Source: Abditibacteriaceae bacterium
Lineage (GTDB): Bacteria; Armatimonadota; Abditibacteriia; Abditibacteriales; Abditibacteriaceae
Length of the DNA stretch: 16,820 bases
Direction of reading: 5' to 3'
NCBI GenBank assembly: GCA_031425655.1
Contig: JANPJS010000194.1
Location: forward strand, 1 to 16,820
In this document: in pieces, positions 15,952 through 16,820 of the stretch
How the letters are laid out: every line of letters starts with the position of its first letter
How positions within the stretch are numbered: position 1 is the stretch's first letter
Notes under the pieces: generated by a model
Told to the model about the DNA's origin: nothing
Databases searched by the model: none
Seen by the model: the letters and a program-made list of their open reading frames with translations, nothing else
Program-made: the position numbers and the translations under genes

Positions 15952-16820
15952 CGGTTCATCCCCGCACCTGCGGGGAACACCGAAGCGTGCGAAGAGTTAG
16001 CGAAGGCCGTTTCGGTTCATCCCCGCACCTGCGGGGAACACACGGGAGATCAGACCCAATGATCAAGCGATTTCGGTTCATCCCCGCACCTGCGGGGAAC
16101 ACGCTTGACCTTCTCGGCCAGTGCAGACTGAGGACGGTTCATCCCCGCACCTGCGGGGAACACTGGGGATTTTCATCTGTGGACTTGGGGTTGAACGGTT
16201 CATCCCCGCACCTGCGGGGAACACTCAACAGCGGGCGGCCAATCGCAGGGCAGCGGCGGTTCATCCCCGCACCTGCGGGGAACACAACTACTGCGCATTT
16301 TAGGCGACAAAACCCTACGGTTCATCCCCGCACCTGCGGGGAACACGCGGATCGAATTTATAAAAGTTCATTTCGCTCCGGTTCATCCCCGCACCTGCGG
16401 GGAACACTTTTAGGCCTGACTAATGTTCAGGCCCGCTTACGGTTCATCCCCGCACCTGCGGGGAACACGGCGCATTTACGCCCGCGCCGACGCCGCCCGG
16501 CGGTTCATCCCCGCACCTGCGGGGAACACGTCGGCAGTCCGCCAACGGGAACCGGGTTTAACGGTTCATCCCCGCACCTGCGGGGAACACTCTCGCCGCG
16601 CGATAAGCACGATTTAATCTGCCGGTTCATCCCCGCACCTGCGGGGAACACAGGTGCTTGTGCGGCGCCCACAGCGTCAACGCGGTTCATCCCCGCACCT
16701 GCGGGGAACACCGCGGCATGAAGTACGGGGAAGCGCGCGGCGTCGGTTCATCCCCGAACCAGCGGGGAACACAATTGAAATAATCTGTTTAACAGTATTT
16801 AAATCGGTTCAACCCGTAAC
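15952..16820 (-). CRISPR. Type I-E-like CRISPR array: 14 full 29-bp repeats plus a partial 15th, and 14 spacers
   Basis: CGGTTCATCCCCGCACCTGCGGGGAACAC at 61-bp period from 15952. 13 copies are perfect, repeat 14 (16744-16772) has 2 substitutions, and a degenerate partial begins at 16805. Spacers are 32 nt except spacer 12 (31 nt). Strand assigned by analogy with E. coli GTGTTCCCCGC..ATAAACCG. Confidence 0.97.

Noticed and set aside
16530..16561. Spacer 10 targeting the AGTCCGCC REP family
   Set aside because: Only short 7-8 nt non-colinear matches, expected by chance.
15363..16721. 452-aa ORF and other ORFs over the array
   Set aside because: These are translations of CRISPR repeats (VHPRTCGEH, RFIPAPAGN, GSSPHLRGT) and antisense lysC.

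Overview
GC-rich bacterial chromosomal window. The taxon is only inferred: a DUF1559-like 'RARENARKSS..NNLK.IG' motif hints at Armatimonadota/Abditibacteriota. The + strand encodes, in order: SixA-type phosphohistidine phosphatase; a lipoprotein with a caspase-like His/Cys domain and PT linker; an isochorismatase-family hydrolase; an alpha/beta hydrolase; an ECF sigma and zf-HC2/DUF4349 anti-sigma pair; an unannotated 50-aa ORF with its own promoter, RBS and terminator; a PAS-GGDEF-EAL protein; a 1149-aa secreted GH123/DUF4091-like protein; an RHH/PIN toxin-antitoxin pair; and a secreted hypothetical protein. The - strand encodes aspartate kinase. A type I-E CRISPR array (14 full repeats, 14 spacers, no cas genes in view) runs off the right edge. 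The most unusual signals are in the accessory DNA. (1) The TA pair is bracketed by a 120-bp duplicated gene 3' end whose differences are largely synonymous. (2) REP-like palindromes are wrapped in IS-like terminal inverted repeats of two families. (3) A 19-nt micro-hairpin is nested in unrelated repeats. (4) A palindrome is inserted in frame in the large gene. (5) The CRISPR array abuts a truncated nested repeat stack and is degenerate at the end where the leader is expected.
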